DNA of 64,000 nucleotides from an uncultured Bacillaceae bacterium (GTDB lineage Bacteria; Bacillota; Bacilli; Bacillales; DSM-1321): NCBI GenBank assembly GCA_963754185.1, contig CAVWEP010000002.1, positions 830,192 to 894,191 of the forward strand, read 5' to 3'. Shown piece by piece: positions 62,155 to 64,000 of this stretch (position 1 is its first letter; each line of letters starts with the position of its first letter). The notes under the pieces were generated by a model. It saw only the letters and a program-made list of their open reading frames with translations, ran no database searches and was not told where the DNA came from. The position numbers and the translations under genes were made by a program.

Positions 62155-62270
62155 GTAGATTCAGCCTATATACATTCACAATCGGGCATATATCGATGAA
62201 AATCGAGCATAAAATGCTAGAATCAAGCATATATTTTAAAAACCGAGCATAAGGTGGGGAGACTCTGCTT

Positions 62271-62738
62271 TCAGAGTTTCCTTATTTTTTGTAATTGCTT
62301 TAAACATAGAGGCAAAACCTCATCTTTCATAATAAAACTGAAATCTGAATCACGTTTTATATCTTTAGGCAAATTTGCCCGTAATACAGGTCCATTCGTT
62401 TCTAAATAATCATGTTTTGGTTTCAATTCACTAAGCTCTGTATAATAAATGGACTTCACAAATGGCTTGGTCGCATCATGTACTTTGTATTGTCCGAGAA
62501 ATCGCAAATGGGAAGCGACCCCACCTGTTTCTTCATACACCTCACGAATGGCTGCCTCTTCAATCGTTTCGCCCTTTTCTCGTTTTCCACCTGGAAATTC
62601 AAGGCCCCGCTTTCGATTGTGCGTAAGCACCCACTGATCTTGAAATCGACATACCACTAATACATGCCACGCCTCCCCAAACGCAGGCTCAGGTGAAAAC
62701 TCCACTAAATAATCATGTTCATCTCTAAATTGAATCAT
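62271..62738 (-). CDS. ytkD: Nudix hydrolase
   Basis: GGKREKGETIEEAAIREVYEETG Nudix box; C-terminal FSFIMKD. Confidence 0.93.
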   Translation of the reverse strand: MIQFRDEHDYLVEFSPEPAFGEAWHVLVVCRFQDQWVLTHNRKRGLEFPGGKREKGETIEEAAIREVYEETGGVASHLRFLGQYKVHDATKPFVKSIYYTELSELKPKHDYLETNGPVLRANLPKDIKRDSDFSFIMKDEVLPLCLKQLQKIRKL

Positions 62739-62851
62739 CCTCGTTCTCTCCTTCTCTCTAAGAATACAAGAACTATTTAGCTGAGGAAAGAAAAAAGATG
62801 AACCTTACTGTTTCTCCAACATAACAACACAAGAAAGTAATAAAGGCCCTC

Positions 62852-63196
62852 TCAATATCGAAGGCCATCATCTGTAGCTTTAGCTTCTAAAATCCCCATT
62901 CTTTCAATATGCTGCTTTGCCTCCTGATCTCCGAGTTCATAAATCATTCCATAAATTTTTTGCAACGTAACATCATACTCATCATTTTGCCAATCATGAT
63001 GATATTCTAAATAAGGGATATGAGCACGATAAAAATTAGACTCATCAACAGAAAAGTTATGATTAAAGTACTTTCGTAGCTGCATGATCTCATCATCACT
63101 AGCTTCAATTTGGAAATTCCATGTTGAACTTTCGCGGTCTTGAAAAATTTCCCCATTTGGTAACGAGATATAATAGGTTTTCCGATGCACAGACAA
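62852..63196 (-). CDS. Conserved hypothetical protein
   Basis: KTYYIS..NGEI...RAHIPY.EYHHD..ND.YD..L pattern; start uncertain. Confidence 0.7.
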   Translation of the reverse strand: MSVHRKTYYISLPNGEIFQDRESSTWNFQIEASDDEIMQLRKYFNHNFSVDESNFYRAHIPYLEYHHDWQNDEYDVTLQKIYGMIYELGDQEAKQHIERMGILEAKATDDGLRY

Positions 63197-63412
63197 ACGC
63201 CTTCCCCCTCTCAATAAAGATATGTTTATTGTCTCACGATCCCTTTCTATTCATTCAGAAATTCCAACTCTACAAAAAAAATGGTGGATTTTTTTTAAAA
63301 TTTAGATTAAAGTATCTTTCATAGGGGAGCGCATATACTATATTCAACCGTAACATCTAGAACGAGAGTCCGTCATACATAATTTAATGTGAATAAACGG
63401 AGGTTCATTTAT

Positions 63413-63667
63413 ATGAAGTTAATTGATGATTTATACAACATGTATCGTAATAAGCTAACAGGTGATGAAGAAGATATTGATATGCTCACATTTGCTGTAT
63501 TGGAGCAACTGAATCGTAAAGAAATCCTAGAACTAATTCAAGACATGGACGATCAAGAATTAACGAACTTAATGGGGCTCTACATTATCGAATCATTAAA
63601 AGGCAAATTTGCCCAAAGCAATATCAATGCAAGCGCTACATACTTTCCACCAAGAAACTTACACTAA
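63413..63667 (+). CDS. Small acidic protein (DUF6154-like)
   Basis: GGAGG RBS; MKLIDDLYNMYRNKLTGDEEDID...GLYIIESLKGK. Confidence 0.78.
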   Translation: MKLIDDLYNMYRNKLTGDEEDIDMLTFAVLEQLNRKEILELIQDMDDQELTNLMGLYIIESLKGKFAQSNINASATYFPPRNLH

Positions 63668-63754
63668 CTATTATTGAAAGCGTTAACAATTCAAACTAAA
63701 AAAGAGACGCTAATACATCGTTTCAAAACGACTTATTGGCGTCTTTTTTTCCTT

Positions 63755-64000
63755 TTATTTCAAATAAGCACGCAGCATCCAGACATTCTTATTTAAACTT
63801 TTCTTCATGCCAATTAATAAATCTGCTGTTACTTGGTCTTCGTCTTTTTCTGCTAAATCAATGGCTTCAACCAATTCCCCAGAAATTTTTTCAAAGTCAT
63901 TGATAACACTTTGAACCATATCTTCTGTCGTTTCATTTCCTGTTGCTTCTTCAATTGTTGTTAATTCCAAATATTCTTTAATCGTTGCAACCGGTTTTTC
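63755..64000 (-). CDS. dps: Dps ferritin-like protein, 3' part (5' end is beyond the window)
   Basis: KPVATIKEYLE...AEKDEDQVTADLL...LNKNVWMLRAYL; syntenic with B. subtilis dps. Confidence 0.88.
   Translation of the reverse strand, partial: EKPVATIKEYLELTTIEEATGNETTEDMVQSVINDFEKISGELVEAIDLAEKDEDQVTADLLIGMKKSLNKNVWMLRAYLK

Overview
A 64-kb stretch of a low-GC Bacillaceae chromosome, syntenic with the B. subtilis ytpP-ytoP-ytnP-trmB-ytmP-ytlQP-(dat)-pepV ... rsuA-murJ-ytfP ... leuS ... ytqAB-ytpA-ytoA-metK-pckA-ytmBA-ytlACD-ytkD-dps backbone. Accessory blocks are inserted into this backbone. There is no rRNA, tRNA, CRISPR array, prophage or intact transposase. Three riboswitches are clear: TPP before tenI-thiOSGF, a Leu T-box before leuS, and SAM-I before metK. 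Many conserved genes are frameshifted, including essential leuS, metK and murJ, which most likely reflects assembly errors. The best candidate for an undescribed system is a four-gene cluster: atypical Ser/Thr kinase with a basic repeat tail, GT4 glycosyltransferase, HipA-like kinase with no antitoxin, and a galU copy. It parallels the B. subtilis cotI/cotSA/cotS/ytdA spore-surface locus but uses unrelated kinases. Other notable signals are: three orphan IS200/IS605 right-end/omegaRNA-like relics in the same orientation (one with a decayed tnpB fragment, one supplying the ytoA stop codon, one abutting a GIY-YIG gene remnant); a two-hairpin ~98-bp dispersed repeat, one module of which sits in the TPP riboswitch leader; a 21-bp-phased array; a sigmaE-like peptidoglycan-remodelling operon; several unannotated small ORFs; and several gene stumps left by deletion. 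Family assignments come from motif recognition and recall, not database searches.
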